Origin: a virus
Lineage: Duplodnaviria; Caudoviricetes
DNA length: 64,000 bases
IMG/VR virus record: IMGVR_UViG_3300014205_000172
Location: 173,172 to 237,171 of that record
Direction: 5' to 3' (one strand)
Shown: one piece after another, positions 9,756-19,015 of the stretch
Layout: each line of letters begins with the position of its first letter
How positions within the stretch are numbered: position 1 is the stretch's first letter
Position numbers and translations under genes: made by a program
Notes under the pieces: generated by a model
What the model saw: the letters and a program-made list of their open reading frames with translations, nothing else
Told to the model about the DNA's origin: nothing
Database searches by the model: none

Positions 9756-10628
9756 ATGGACTTGTTTCGTAACTTCGCAAAGTTTGCAACCTACGATCCT
9801 AGAGATAAGGATCAGAATAGAGCGTTTGGTGAAATCGCTAAACGAGACTTTCAAAATGCTGAAAGGTTCGTACTTCCGTTGAATGGACGCATCCTCGATA
9901 ACGGCGGTGATAGCCTTGGTCAAGAGATGCGTCTTCCGTACCCTTCTATCACACTTGAGTTTGAATCTGAGTACAATCCAGATATTGGTTGGGATGATCT
10001 TGGTGCGCAGATGGAGAAGATGTCGTTCGCTAACAACATTTTTAGTCACCAGATTGTATTTGCTGAACAAGCATTGGATGGAACGATTACGGTACAACTT
10101 GCATCTAAGTTTCGCCCCGGCGGTCAGAATGCTGGTCGTTGGACACTGTGGCCGTTCAAGATGAGTTTCTCTAACAAGCTTGGTGCTGACCTAGACGTAG
10201 TAGCAAACATCACACCTACGCGCATGTCAGGAATGGCTGCTTATAAAGACCATACCGAAGAAGAAAACAAAGCGCTTGCTCCGGCCGTTGGTCTCACTAT
10301 TCTTAAGCCTGCATTTAAAGCAGTTGCTGAGTTGTTAGAGGCATTGGGCTGTTCTAATGTAAAGGCAGAAAAGAAACCCAACAAGAAACGTTTAGCTGGC
10401 CGACGTTCAGGTGAACTACCTTACGACGATTATCACGAACTAATTGTCTACACGTCCCGTGGGGCAAACGAGCGAAGTGAAAGTATTTCGGGTGGTGCTA
10501 AACGTCGTGAGCATTTACGTCGTGGTCACATTCGCCGTTACCAGTCTGGTTTGAAAATCTGGGTTCAGGCACACGTCGTCAATGCTGGAGCTGCCGGTAA
10601 AGTCACCAAACACTATAAGGTTAAATAA
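9756..10628 (+). CDS. hypothetical protein with C-terminal H-x-R-x-G-H-x-R motif
   Basis: REHLRRGHIRRYQSG; LPYPSITLEF; paralog of 11112..12185. Confidence 0.8.
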   Translation: MDLFRNFAKFATYDPRDKDQNRAFGEIAKRDFQNAERFVLPLNGRILDNGGDSLGQEMRLPYPSITLEFESEYNPDIGWDDLGAQMEKMSFANNIFSHQIVFAEQALDGTITVQLASKFRPGGQNAGRWTLWPFKMSFSNKLGADLDVVANITPTRMSGMAAYKDHTEEENKALAPAVGLTILKPAFKAVAELLEALGCSNVKAEKKPNKKRLAGRRSGELPYDDYHELIVYTSRGANERSESISGGAKRREHLRRGHIRRYQSGLKIWVQAHVVNAGAAGKVTKHYKVK

Positions 10629-10634
10629 ACCACT

Positions 10635-10997
10635 ATGAAAATTGTATCTCGTGAAGAGTTTCTCGCCATTAAAGGTGAGGTCGTTTTTGGAATCGTTGAA
10701 GAACACGGGCAGGATATCGGGCTCAACACTCTTTATATCAAAGCTGGCAATGTCGGACCTAACGACTATTGTTACGACACGCTTGACGCCGGTGCTTTGG
10801 AGGTAGGGGCGTCAGTAAATGCCGAGTATTGGGACCAGATAGAGAAACTGAAGAAGGGTGAAGAAGTACCTTTAGATTTTTCATGTGCGTCAAGAGCGGC
10901 TTTAGATATTCGAGATAACCAAAAATACGCCATCCTTGATACCGCCGATGTAACCCGTTTGCGTGATCGTTTGAATCAGGTGCTTAACGCTAGCTAA
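10635..10997 (+). CDS. hypothetical protein
   Basis: 120 aa ORF followed by a terminator. Confidence 0.75.
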   Translation: MKIVSREEFLAIKGEVVFGIVEEHGQDIGLNTLYIKAGNVGPNDYCYDTLDAGALEVGASVNAEYWDQIEKLKKGEEVPLDFSCASRAALDIRDNQKYAILDTADVTRLRDRLNQVLNAS

Positions 10998-11000
10998 CAG

Positions 11001-11048
11001 CATACAGCCAGGGGTAATTCCCTGGCTGGTTTCTTATGTTCTTTTTTG
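11001..11048 (+). terminator. intrinsic terminator
   Basis: CAGCCAGGG...CCCTGGCTG with a T-rich tail. Confidence 0.75.
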
Positions 11049-11066
11049 TTTAGGTAACGGTTCCTT

Positions 11067-11090
11067 GGTCGTACATTACCGACTCGAACA
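11067..11090 (+). promoter_or_regulatory. phage early-type promoter motif copy
   Basis: GGTCG-TACAT-TACCGACTC-GAACA. Confidence 0.6.
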
Positions 11091-11111
11091 ACTTACTTAA
11101 GGAGTCCTACT

Positions 11112-12185
11112 GTGGACAATCGCACACCTGTTCCAAAGCACGTCCCTCTCATGACTAGCGCTAAGTACTCCCTTACAGGCGATACTTCATTAGAAACCGT
11201 CGAGTACATGGGTCGTAAGATGGCTCTGGCTATGGCGCACGAACACCCTGAAGAAGTAGATCGCCTGCGCCGAGAAGCGTATAACCGTAACGCTTTGAAG
11301 AACCTTCGTGACCGGATGTTAATCAAAGACAATCAGCTCGATCAAATGATGCTCGGCCGTGGCAGTATGGATAACACCATGGATGTTCTAATGAAGCCAG
11401 AGGTTCAGCACTCGGCTATCATGCAAGGCGTGATGGAATACATCAACGATCTTGAGCTCACTGCGTCTTCAGAGATGCTGAATGAATACGTTGCGTCTGC
11501 TGAGGCCAGTCGGTTTGTGTTTGGCGATAATGCTAACTACAAGTTTGATCAAAACGCAATGACCACTCCACTTGAAATGCCATTCCAGAACTGCGTGTTC
11601 GAGTTTGACAATAAGGGCGCTAAGGCTCTGGTTCGTGTTAAACAGCACCGCGTCCAGAACAAGATGCATAACAACGGTAAGCCAGTGCTTCTGGTCACCA
11701 TGTTCTACAAGGTGAGTGACGAAAGTCAGTGGGTCTACCGTAACATCATTCAGCGCGTCCAGCATGATTCTACTGGGAAGCTACAAGTAATGTACGTAGA
11801 TCCTAAAGGTGTCTTGGACGCATTGGGTAAGGATGAGTACAAAGAAGTAAAAACCCAGTTCAAGAAATACCTGAACGCCATCCTCGCATTGCTGCACGGA
11901 CTTGATAACAAGAAAATTATCATCGTCCGACCTTCCGGCAACTTGCACACAGCAGGTGAGATGAAGACGGAGGATGGTGTCAGCGTTGTTTGGATGTCTG
12001 GCGTTATCAAACGTCCAACCGAACACTTGGGTGGTACTCACGCCTCGCCTCGTGAACACGAACGTGCCGGTCATTGGCGCACTCTGCAAAGCGGTAAGCG
12101 GATTCGTATCAAAGCCCTGACTGTCAATAAAGGCACTAAGGGTAAGATTGATAAAACCTACCGCATTAATAAGGATAGCTTTTAA
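11112..12185 (+). CDS. hypothetical protein with C-terminal H-x-R-x-G-H-W-R motif
   Basis: SPREHERAGHWRTLQSG; MPFQNCVFEF; paralog of 9756..10628. Confidence 0.8.
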   Translation: MDNRTPVPKHVPLMTSAKYSLTGDTSLETVEYMGRKMALAMAHEHPEEVDRLRREAYNRNALKNLRDRMLIKDNQLDQMMLGRGSMDNTMDVLMKPEVQHSAIMQGVMEYINDLELTASSEMLNEYVASAEASRFVFGDNANYKFDQNAMTTPLEMPFQNCVFEFDNKGAKALVRVKQHRVQNKMHNNGKPVLLVTMFYKVSDESQWVYRNIIQRVQHDSTGKLQVMYVDPKGVLDALGKDEYKEVKTQFKKYLNAILALLHGLDNKKIIIVRPSGNLHTAGEMKTEDGVSVVWMSGVIKRPTEHLGGTHASPREHERAGHWRTLQSGKRIRIKALTVNKGTKGKIDKTYRINKDSF

Positions 12186-12514
12186 TGACAAATGTATTTG
12201 ATATAGCTGCTGCTGATTTCGATCTTTCAGCTCTGCGGATGGCCCGTATTTTAACTGGGTCGCGGGCTGCGGCAATATCCATGCTGGACAGTTATCAACC
12301 AAGGGTCTATCGGAACTCTGATAAAATGCCTCGGCATCCACGGTCTGCAACAGCACATGAGTTCCTGAAGGACCATCCGCACTTTTCAGGATACCTAGAA
12401 GTTGTTCACGATCACCCGATTGATTACGTAGGTAATGTCGGTCACGTCTTTCTGGACGCTTTACCAAAGTCTGGATTTTGTGGATCGGTAACAATGACAT
12501 TCATTGCCGACTAG
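12185..12514 (+). CDS. hypothetical protein
   Basis: TAATG coupling. Confidence 0.65.
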   Translation: MTNVFDIAAADFDLSALRMARILTGSRAAAISMLDSYQPRVYRNSDKMPRHPRSATAHEFLKDHPHFSGYLEVVHDHPIDYVGNVGHVFLDALPKSGFCGSVTMTFIAD

Positions 12515-12524
12515 GAGTTTGAAA

Positions 12525-12770
12525 ATGACCGCTCCAAATAACAAACCAGTTTCTGGCGAAGATCTGATTCGCTTCGCTAACTATCTGAGCAAGAATCCAG
12601 CGTGGGGTTCTTTACACATTGTCCTTGCTGATGACAATATCAAGGACTGTCATGTGCAGTGGTGTATCGACCACGCTCGTGAGATTGGCGATACGGAAGG
12701 TGAATATCTGGCCAAAGTTCTTCTCACTCTCAGCAAGTCTCAGCGTTACAACCTGCCTCGAAGACTCTAG
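12525..12770 (+). CDS. hypothetical protein
   Basis: AGGAG SD; GSLHIVLADDN motif. Confidence 0.7.
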   Translation: MTAPNNKPVSGEDLIRFANYLSKNPAWGSLHIVLADDNIKDCHVQWCIDHAREIGDTEGEYLAKVLLTLSKSQRYNLPRRL

Positions 12771-12780
12771 GTGACTAACG

Positions 12781-12984
12781 ATGACCAAGCTGCCATTACC
12801 GCGCGGTGCGTTCGCCTACACCGACACAGAAGGTAAAGAGAGGACGGGTTACGTCACCTCTAATCCTGACCGCCGTACGACCACTTGGCGACGTATGAAG
12901 AAACATATCGCCGAACAAGCCGCCCTGAAGTTAAAGAAGGAACAAGAAGATGTCCAAGCTCTCCAACCTACATGCCCGCGTTAA
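12781..12984 (+). CDS. hypothetical protein
   Basis: SD AGGTG; 67 aa. Confidence 0.6.
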   Translation: MTKLPLPRGAFAYTDTEGKERTGYVTSNPDRRTTTWRRMKKHIAEQAALKLKKEQEDVQALQPTCPR

Positions 12985-13450
12985 AGCACTCGAAGCTGAA
13001 CTCGCCGGCAAGTACACTCAGCAAGAACTGTTCGATAAAAAGATCACAGAGCTTGAGCAACAAAATACTTATCTGCGTAATGAGTTGAGTAGTTCGCAAG
13101 GCTACAGTGTTACGCTTGAAGGCCGCTTGATGAAGTGGGAAGGCACGCCAGCTTCCCGCCATGAGCTGAAGGGTGAAAAAGACCCATTCGTCAACTACCT
13201 CGATAAAGAGCGTGCTGATTTGGCGTTGGGTGACATGACTGACGATGCCCTCGCCACTGCCATCTTCATGAACTACGACGTGTTCCCACCGGTTCAAGAT
13301 CTGCTTTCAGGCGCAGGTAAAATGCCCATCGCCTACATGACCGGTGGTAAAGAACGCATTCGCTGGCTGTCACGTCAAGTGATCCGCCTCAGTGACGAAC
13401 TGGAAACGTACAAAGCCGCAGGTAACCCTAAAGGCACTCTGGAGGTTTAA
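12950..13450 (+). CDS. hypothetical protein with coiled-coil N-terminus
   Basis: SD AAGGA; 166 aa. Confidence 0.75.
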   Translation: MSKLSNLHARVKALEAELAGKYTQQELFDKKITELEQQNTYLRNELSSSQGYSVTLEGRLMKWEGTPASRHELKGEKDPFVNYLDKERADLALGDMTDDALATAIFMNYDVFPPVQDLLSGAGKMPIAYMTGGKERIRWLSRQVIRLSDELETYKAAGNPKGTLEV

Positions 13451-13720
13451 ATGTCGAACAAGTTGAAGTTGGTGAACCTCACCATTCGTGCCGAAGTCTT
13501 TGGCGAAGGCGTTCTCGACGTCAAAGAATGTCTGGTTTCTATGGGCATTGCTGTAACGCCTGTTTCTGAAACCGACCCAGGTTTCGCTGTCAATCGTAAG
13601 CGTTTGTTTGAAGACAATTACGAGTTTGACTTCACCGAAGAAAATGGGATCATCAATTACTCACCGGCGGACGAACCAAAGAACGGGACCATCGACATCA
13701 TTATTGAAGTGTCCGACTAA
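13451..13720 (+). CDS. hypothetical protein
   Basis: GGAGG SD; abuts its neighbours. Confidence 0.75.
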   Translation: MSNKLKLVNLTIRAEVFGEGVLDVKECLVSMGIAVTPVSETDPGFAVNRKRLFEDNYEFDFTEENGIINYSPADEPKNGTIDIIIEVSD

Positions 13721-13977
13721 TGCCCAGTGTTAAGGTTACGGAGCGTTACGGTGAAACTTTAGTGCTGACTACAGGTTGTGCTGAAGAGATCGTAACGTTG
13801 ACAGTTCTTGCTCCAGACGATGTGATTCAACGCATCGTGGACAAGCATCAAAAAACCTGTGAAAGTGCTTACAACATTGCTCAGTGGCTGGTAGCCAAAA
13901 ACTGGGCAGTGCTTACTGAAATTAAAACCGTAACGCTTATTCAGTCGTTACAAATAGAAGCCAGGAGAGAACCATGA
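13720..13977 (+). CDS. hypothetical protein
   Basis: TAATG coupling. Confidence 0.7.
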   Translation: MPSVKVTERYGETLVLTTGCAEEIVTLTVLAPDDVIQRIVDKHQKTCESAYNIAQWLVAKNWAVLTEIKTVTLIQSLQIEARREP

Positions 13978-14213
13978 ATGTTGCAGATATGTTGAAACTC
14001 ACGCCGCCTAAAGACGCTACCCACTTTGTGCTGGACGACGATGGGTTCAGCGCCGCCTGGTACATGTACGATGGCGCTACGCTGTATGGTCAGCCTATGG
14101 CAAGCGTTGGTCCGGATCAGGACTGGACTGAAGTCAAGGGCGGCGTACGCGCAGTACGTTCTATCAAGAACGACGCCGAAGCTATCTTCGAACGCTCTAA
14201 GCAAGGACTGTAG
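13974..14213 (+). CDS. hypothetical protein
   Basis: AGGAG SD; ATGA coupling. Confidence 0.7.
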   Translation: MNVADMLKLTPPKDATHFVLDDDGFSAAWYMYDGATLYGQPMASVGPDQDWTEVKGGVRAVRSIKNDAEAIFERSKQGL

Positions 14214-14215
14214 CC

Positions 14216-14680
14216 ATGCTTGAACCACTAATCACACACGCCACTGATTTTAGTGGATCGTATTTGGATAACCTTGGTCGGGGGTTGTTCTTCGGTGGGT
14301 TGTTGTTCATGACCTATACTTTCATCTGGCTGGGTGCCGTGCTCTGGAACATCACCTGGTCGTGGATCGATGAGCAACCACGTCAGTGCCATAACTGCTT
14401 CAGCATATTCATCGCCAAGCTTACCGGGTATGAACACATCGGAAGCCTGTATGCCTGGCGGTCTGAAAGCATGGGAAGTACTGACTTCATTCACCTACTC
14501 CCCATGCTTACCGTGTTTGCAGGACCTGCGGTCCTTATAACGCTTCTGACGTTCTACAGCCTTACGCTAACTGTAGTCGTAGCGTTTGCTCTGGCGCATC
14601 TGACGCGGTATATCCGCCGGATGAAGAAAGCCTTTGACAAGCACGTCACGGATAAAGACGCGCACAAAGGGGACGTCTGA
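14216..14680 (+). CDS. putative membrane protein
   Basis: Several hydrophobic segments. Confidence 0.7.
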   Translation: MLEPLITHATDFSGSYLDNLGRGLFFGGLLFMTYTFIWLGAVLWNITWSWIDEQPRQCHNCFSIFIAKLTGYEHIGSLYAWRSESMGSTDFIHLLPMLTVFAGPAVLITLLTFYSLTLTVVVAFALAHLTRYIRRMKKAFDKHVTDKDAHKGDV

Positions 14681-14681
14681 C

Positions 14682-15305
14682 ATGGATACTCCAGAAGTCC
14701 TGTTTGATAAAACAGCTATAGAAATGCACGATAAGGTGATCAACGAACTCCTTAGCGAACTCCCCATGTCTGCTAAGATGATCGCCTTGGAAGTGCTGGC
14801 TAAGCATCATCAGAAGTACACCATCACTGAGCCAACCGCGCCGCCTGTAGCCGATATGCTTAGTGTATGGGGAAAAGTGGCAGTGGCCGGTGAACGTGCA
14901 TCTATGGCGTTCACAAATGCTCGGCGCAAATTGATCCGCAGCCTGTTCAAGGTGTACGGGTTCAAGGTGAAGGAAGGTGAATCGGATTTGAAGGAATACG
15001 TCTTCAAGGCCGGTGAAGCGCTGATGGATAAGATGGACCAGTACTACCGCGAAGTCGGCGTGGTGGCCATTGCCAACATGGGCGAGTTCTCCGAGAAAAC
15101 CATTGAGCACTACGAAGCAATGGAAGATCGGTCGAAGTGGGGGCCGGGTAAGTGGTACGAACACCTCGGTGCTGTACTCGACGACCAGGGTCGTGTTGTC
15201 TTTGGCAGCGTATACGCTGTTGAGAAAATGATGGAACTGCGTCTGACGGAATATGTCCGAGGTATTGTTCTGGCCGCCGCTATCCAAAATAAGCAAGGGG
15301 AATGA
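14682..15305 (+). CDS. hypothetical protein
   Basis: SD AGGGG before ATG 14682. Confidence 0.75.
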   Translation: MDTPEVLFDKTAIEMHDKVINELLSELPMSAKMIALEVLAKHHQKYTITEPTAPPVADMLSVWGKVAVAGERASMAFTNARRKLIRSLFKVYGFKVKEGESDLKEYVFKAGEALMDKMDQYYREVGVVAIANMGEFSEKTIEHYEAMEDRSKWGPGKWYEHLGAVLDDQGRVVFGSVYAVEKMMELRLTEYVRGIVLAAAIQNKQGE

Positions 15306-15306
15306 C

Positions 15307-15960
15307 GTGGAGTTAGAATTCAAATATTTTGTCCGTGATGGTTGGTGTCTCACGATCCCTGGGGATATTAACGAATACCCGGTACAGGCAAAGCGTGAAT
15401 GGGTTGGTGAGGGTGTTGAAATTGTCAGCGACATGCTTCTGCCGATTGGCGGTGAGTCTGTCATCGGGGAACTTCGCCTGCAGCCGGTGCTGCATGGGTC
15501 GGTCGACCCTACGCGTCTTGCGTGGATCGTTTGTACAGAAAACCGCAAGTTTTCCATGACGGTTGTACAGTTCAAGGTTGATGACAAGTATTTCAACCCC
15601 GGTGCTCCTCTTGACGATGTGCTTTCGTTCAAACTTCCGGCGTCGTTTATCAACACCGCTGAGATACTCAGCGAGGTCGAACTAACGTATCGTCAGCTTT
15701 CCATCTTCCGCCAGTTCTTCAAAACGAACAAAGCAATTGGTTCATTGCGCCGGGCAGAAGGAGTCGTGATTTTCGATAAGTTGGCCGATAAGCATTACCT
15801 CCTCACGAACCACAACCGCACGCCTCTGGAAGCTATCTGGCAGAGCGAGATCCCTGAGGCGTTGTCGGAAGATGAAGAAGGCGCGTTGTATCTGTACGAG
15901 CCCATGGTACGTAAAGACCAGATCATGGTAAATGCGTCGGCGTTCTTCTTCCCGCAATAA
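15307..15960 (+). CDS. hypothetical protein
   Basis: Probable GTG start after AAGGGG. Confidence 0.65.
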   Translation: MELEFKYFVRDGWCLTIPGDINEYPVQAKREWVGEGVEIVSDMLLPIGGESVIGELRLQPVLHGSVDPTRLAWIVCTENRKFSMTVVQFKVDDKYFNPGAPLDDVLSFKLPASFINTAEILSEVELTYRQLSIFRQFFKTNKAIGSLRRAEGVVIFDKLADKHYLLTNHNRTPLEAIWQSEIPEALSEDEEGALYLYEPMVRKDQIMVNASAFFFPQ

Positions 15961-15968
15961 GTCGTCAT

Positions 15969-15997
15969 ACACCACGGCTAAAAAAAAGCCGTGGTGT
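15969..15997. terminator. intergenic hairpin/terminator
   Basis: ACACCACGGCT-A7-AGCCGTGGTGT. Confidence 0.6.
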
Positions 15998-16013
15998 CTT
16001 CGAGGTAAGCCTT

Positions 16014-16532
16014 ATGTCAAAATTATACATCTTCGGTGAGGATCATTCTAAGCTTAAGGAGATTACCAAGATCGATGCAAAGATCGCTAAGATCAAACCG
16101 GATTACCTTTTGCACGAATTGCTGTATGCCGATGTGGCTCTGACAAAAGAAGTCATTGAGCAAAGACTCCATCATTGTAAAGAGGGAGGTCTCTGCGACC
16201 CTCGGTTGAATAAAGACATTTATGAATTAGGGCTTGCTCATGACATTAAGTTAGTGGGCATTGATCTGGATATAGACGGACTGACCCACCTACCGCTCGC
16301 TGAGCAATTTAAACGTCGTGAACGACACATGGTGAAGATGATCGAACGTTATCGTCTGAAGGGCACTGTGTGCGTTGTTGTTGGCGATGCACATCTGCGC
16401 ACTGAGCGGTCTGCTGAGTTAGGTGACCCATCGCCTATCCCTGCTCTCTTCGGACATATGGCGGTCATTGAACGCAGTGAGTCCGGTCGTTATTCCCCAG
16501 AATCAAAACAGCTTTCTTGGCTCGGCTGGTAA
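16014..16532 (+). CDS. EreA/ChaN/TraB-superfamily-like protein with a C-terminal WLGW tail
   Basis: IFGEDH, LLHE, VGID, RE..M and VVVGDAHL motifs. Confidence 0.55.
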   Translation: MSKLYIFGEDHSKLKEITKIDAKIAKIKPDYLLHELLYADVALTKEVIEQRLHHCKEGGLCDPRLNKDIYELGLAHDIKLVGIDLDIDGLTHLPLAEQFKRRERHMVKMIERYRLKGTVCVVVGDAHLRTERSAELGDPSPIPALFGHMAVIERSESGRYSPESKQLSWLGW

Positions 16533-16548
16533 TAACGAGGGTTTCAAA

Positions 16549-17124
16549 ATGACGTTTGTATCATCGCGAAAGATTCCACTGATCTGTCAAACTGTTGGCG
16601 CGCTACCGGTTATCACAATGGAGAACTATCCAAAGTGGTACGGACTTGAGGTCATCCATCCAAATGGCACTGTAGAAGATGTCGATCCAGATCTGTTGGA
16701 TGAGTTGTGTGGCGATAAGCCTTTGATGGGTGACCATAACTACCATCCAGACCTATTGAAAATGGTAGCTAACAGACTTGGCGGTATTGTCGATCAGGTC
16801 TCCCTGTACACAGCCGCTGGCCGCTGGCAAGTGGAAGTTGTTGATGAGTGTAATGAATATTCATACTCGGCCATCCACCGCAATAGTTCCACTTGGGTTG
16901 AAAATACGGTCAGTGAGGAGATTGCGCAACTCACTCTGTTTCGAATGAAGTGGCTTAGTGAAAATATGCCAGATTGCATTCAAAGCGTACGTATTCTTTA
17001 CCGTCCTAATGGTACGCTTGTGCTGAATGACGTTACAGCAACCATTTCGGATCTCGACAAGCTAGGTGTTCCTACGTCTATGTTGCAGATGTATGCCAGT
17101 AACTACTTACTAAAACCCGTATAG
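16549..17124 (+). CDS. hypothetical protein
   Basis: GAGG SD before ATG 16549. Confidence 0.7.
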   Translation: MTFVSSRKIPLICQTVGALPVITMENYPKWYGLEVIHPNGTVEDVDPDLLDELCGDKPLMGDHNYHPDLLKMVANRLGGIVDQVSLYTAAGRWQVEVVDECNEYSYSAIHRNSSTWVENTVSEEIAQLTLFRMKWLSENMPDCIQSVRILYRPNGTLVLNDVTATISDLDKLGVPTSMLQMYASNYLLKPV

Positions 17125-17144
17125 GTATGTAGAGAAACCGTAAT

Positions 17145-17280
17145 GCTCGCGACCGGTTGTAAGTGGAAGCTTAGGGCAGCTGGCCAATTGCGATCACTGA
17201 AGCCGGTGCGCGAGCGCCTTATTCTAGCTTTATCCCAGCACGATACCTGCATTAGACATCAGTAGCAGAGAAAGGCTTTT
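17145..17280 (+). ncRNA. candidate structured ncRNA A
   Basis: Stems GCTCGCG/CGCGAGC, ACCGGTT/AGCCGGT, TAAGT-GGAA-GCTTA and GCCTT..TTCT/AGAG..AAGGC; G-U pairs favour the + strand. Confidence 0.55.
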
Positions 17281-17301
17281 CTCAGATTACTAGGTGGCAA
17301 A

Positions 17302-17727
17302 ATGTTTGATATCGTATCTGTCGCTGACCGGACTATTCGTGAAATCTATTTGGACGAAAGTCTGAAGGATGAGGAACGAGGTGCTTTAGTCATCGTGTTG
17401 GGATCGGGTCATCGATTCGAGATTTATGACGGCCATGGTCAAAGCTGTTGTGAACATCGTTACTTGGAAACAAGCGATGATCTTTCTGCATTAGTTGGGG
17501 AGCAGTTAGTGTCTGTGGTGTGTGAATATCACGACAATGGATCAGAGTGGGGTGACGCTCAAACCGAAGCCGCCTCTATCCATATCCGATCAGATCGCGA
17601 CTCTGTCGTGGTCGGTTGCTACAACTCGAACAACGGCTACTACGGTGGTCTTAGTCCAGTGGTTGATGTAATCGACTCCAATGGTTTTGTGATTGTGAGA
17701 GGGGCTGACTTGCAACAACCCGGTTAA
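17302..17727 (+). CDS. hypothetical phage protein (QSCCE...NGYYGG type)
   Basis: HGQSCCEHRYLE and SNNGYYGG motifs, recalled from a widespread phage DUF. Confidence 0.75.
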   Translation: MFDIVSVADRTIREIYLDESLKDEERGALVIVLGSGHRFEIYDGHGQSCCEHRYLETSDDLSALVGEQLVSVVCEYHDNGSEWGDAQTEAASIHIRSDRDSVVVGCYNSNNGYYGGLSPVVDVIDSNGFVIVRGADLQQPG

Positions 17728-17767
17728 TGCGGACCGGCGCTTCGGCGCCGACTTATTCAAGTGTTAT

Positions 17768-18012
17768 GCCTGCGACCCACTAAGTAATTTCCGCCGTGCC
17801 GAAGCCTCGGGCGGGGGTGAATAGGTGAGTGTCGCGGGCGCCTAATCTGCTGCAGCAGATACTGTACTGGTACCGTATTGTGATTGTCACAGCCCCTCGT
17901 AAGGGTGAATAGGCCATATAGACATCAGGATGATGGAAAAGACCTCGCAGACGGATGGAACATCAGTGCAGTAGCCTTTCCCATACTGGCCTGCTTCGGC
18001 AGGTCTTTATGC
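17768..18012 (+). ncRNA. candidate structured ncRNA B, related to A
   Basis: Begins at the G of TATG; stems GCCTGCGAC/GTCGCGGGC and GCCTA/TAGGC; ends in the UUCG hairpin at 17988-18005. Confidence 0.55.
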
Positions 18013-18063
18013 TGTAAGTATCAACTTAGACATCTGCTTATATATCCACCAAGGGATCTTATC

Positions 18064-18762
18064 ATGAAATTTGGCTCTTATGACTTTAAACAAGTCTGTC
18101 GCAATGAAGTAGAGTCACTGCCAGAAAGTAGCGGGTTGGTACTTATCCGTGATCGGTCCGATCATCGCTTTGACGTACTCTGCGCCAATAGCTTACGGCG
18201 TCGTCTGTATCAGGCAGTTAATGGAGAAGTGGGTTCGCTTATTAAAGCACGTTATCCCATCTCTCCTGAAGATCACGTTGAGTTCTTCTACTGCTCGCTT
18301 GGGTATGTCGCTAACCTGAATGTCCACAAGTACCGGCTGCGTATGCTCCTTAAAGGCAAGCTTGTTACTCAGAACACTCATGGTACTGACGGTCGTGGTT
18401 ACAAGATCAACTTGTTTACCTACCCTGAAACGAGTGAGTACTTCATCTCGATCCAAACCATGGCGTCCAGGGAAGATCCATTGATGCGTCTGTACCGGAT
18501 GCTCAATGGGAAGATTAAACAGACGCACGTAACAGGCAATCCTATTGTAATGAACTTCTCGCGAAAGCGCGGTCCCTTCAATGAGACCAACTCTTTCATT
18601 CATGAACTCCGCAAGGCTGACATCCCAACTCTTAACGAAGCAAAACAAGCTGCACGAGAATTAGCACTAGAACTTGGCACTCAATATTTGCTCACAGCCA
18701 ATGTGGTTGATCGGGCACAGTGGAAACATCCCGGATGGGATAAGGTCGCAAAACATGCTTGA
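18064..18762 (+). CDS. protein with two degenerate GIY-YIG-like domains
   Basis: LPESSGLVLIRD...ANSLRRRL resembles the UvrC N-terminal GIY-YIG domain; the C-half aligns with 894..1571. Confidence 0.55.
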   Translation: MKFGSYDFKQVCRNEVESLPESSGLVLIRDRSDHRFDVLCANSLRRRLYQAVNGEVGSLIKARYPISPEDHVEFFYCSLGYVANLNVHKYRLRMLLKGKLVTQNTHGTDGRGYKINLFTYPETSEYFISIQTMASREDPLMRLYRMLNGKIKQTHVTGNPIVMNFSRKRGPFNETNSFIHELRKADIPTLNEAKQAARELALELGTQYLLTANVVDRAQWKHPGWDKVAKHA

Positions 18763-19009
18763 CTATATCGATTACATTTGCGTTGCAATATGGCTCATTG
18801 GCGTCATTGCTTTGTTTGCTCACGAGATCTGGATCTTCTGTAAGTATCCCGAAGACTGGGATAAGCGAGACCAGGGTATTACGTACATCCCTGACTGGCA
18901 AGTGTGGCTGGTGATGGTGTGCTGGCCAGCGGTATTGCTTCTTGCATGCCTCTACGCCGTGGGCATTTATGCCTCCACCAACTATCGTCATTTGTTTAAA
19001 CAAAGGTAG
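18755..19009 (+). CDS. small two-TM membrane protein
   Basis: Two hydrophobic stretches. Confidence 0.65.
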   Translation: MLDYIDYICVAIWLIGVIALFAHEIWIFCKYPEDWDKRDQGITYIPDWQVWLVMVCWPAVLLLACLYAVGIYASTNYRHLFKQR

Positions 19010-19015
19010 TGAACA

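Noticed and set aside
17125-18012. tRNA genes in the non-coding gaps
   Set aside because: No GTTCRA T-loop or cloverleaf with an acceptor stem was found by eye; tRNAscan-SE should confirm.
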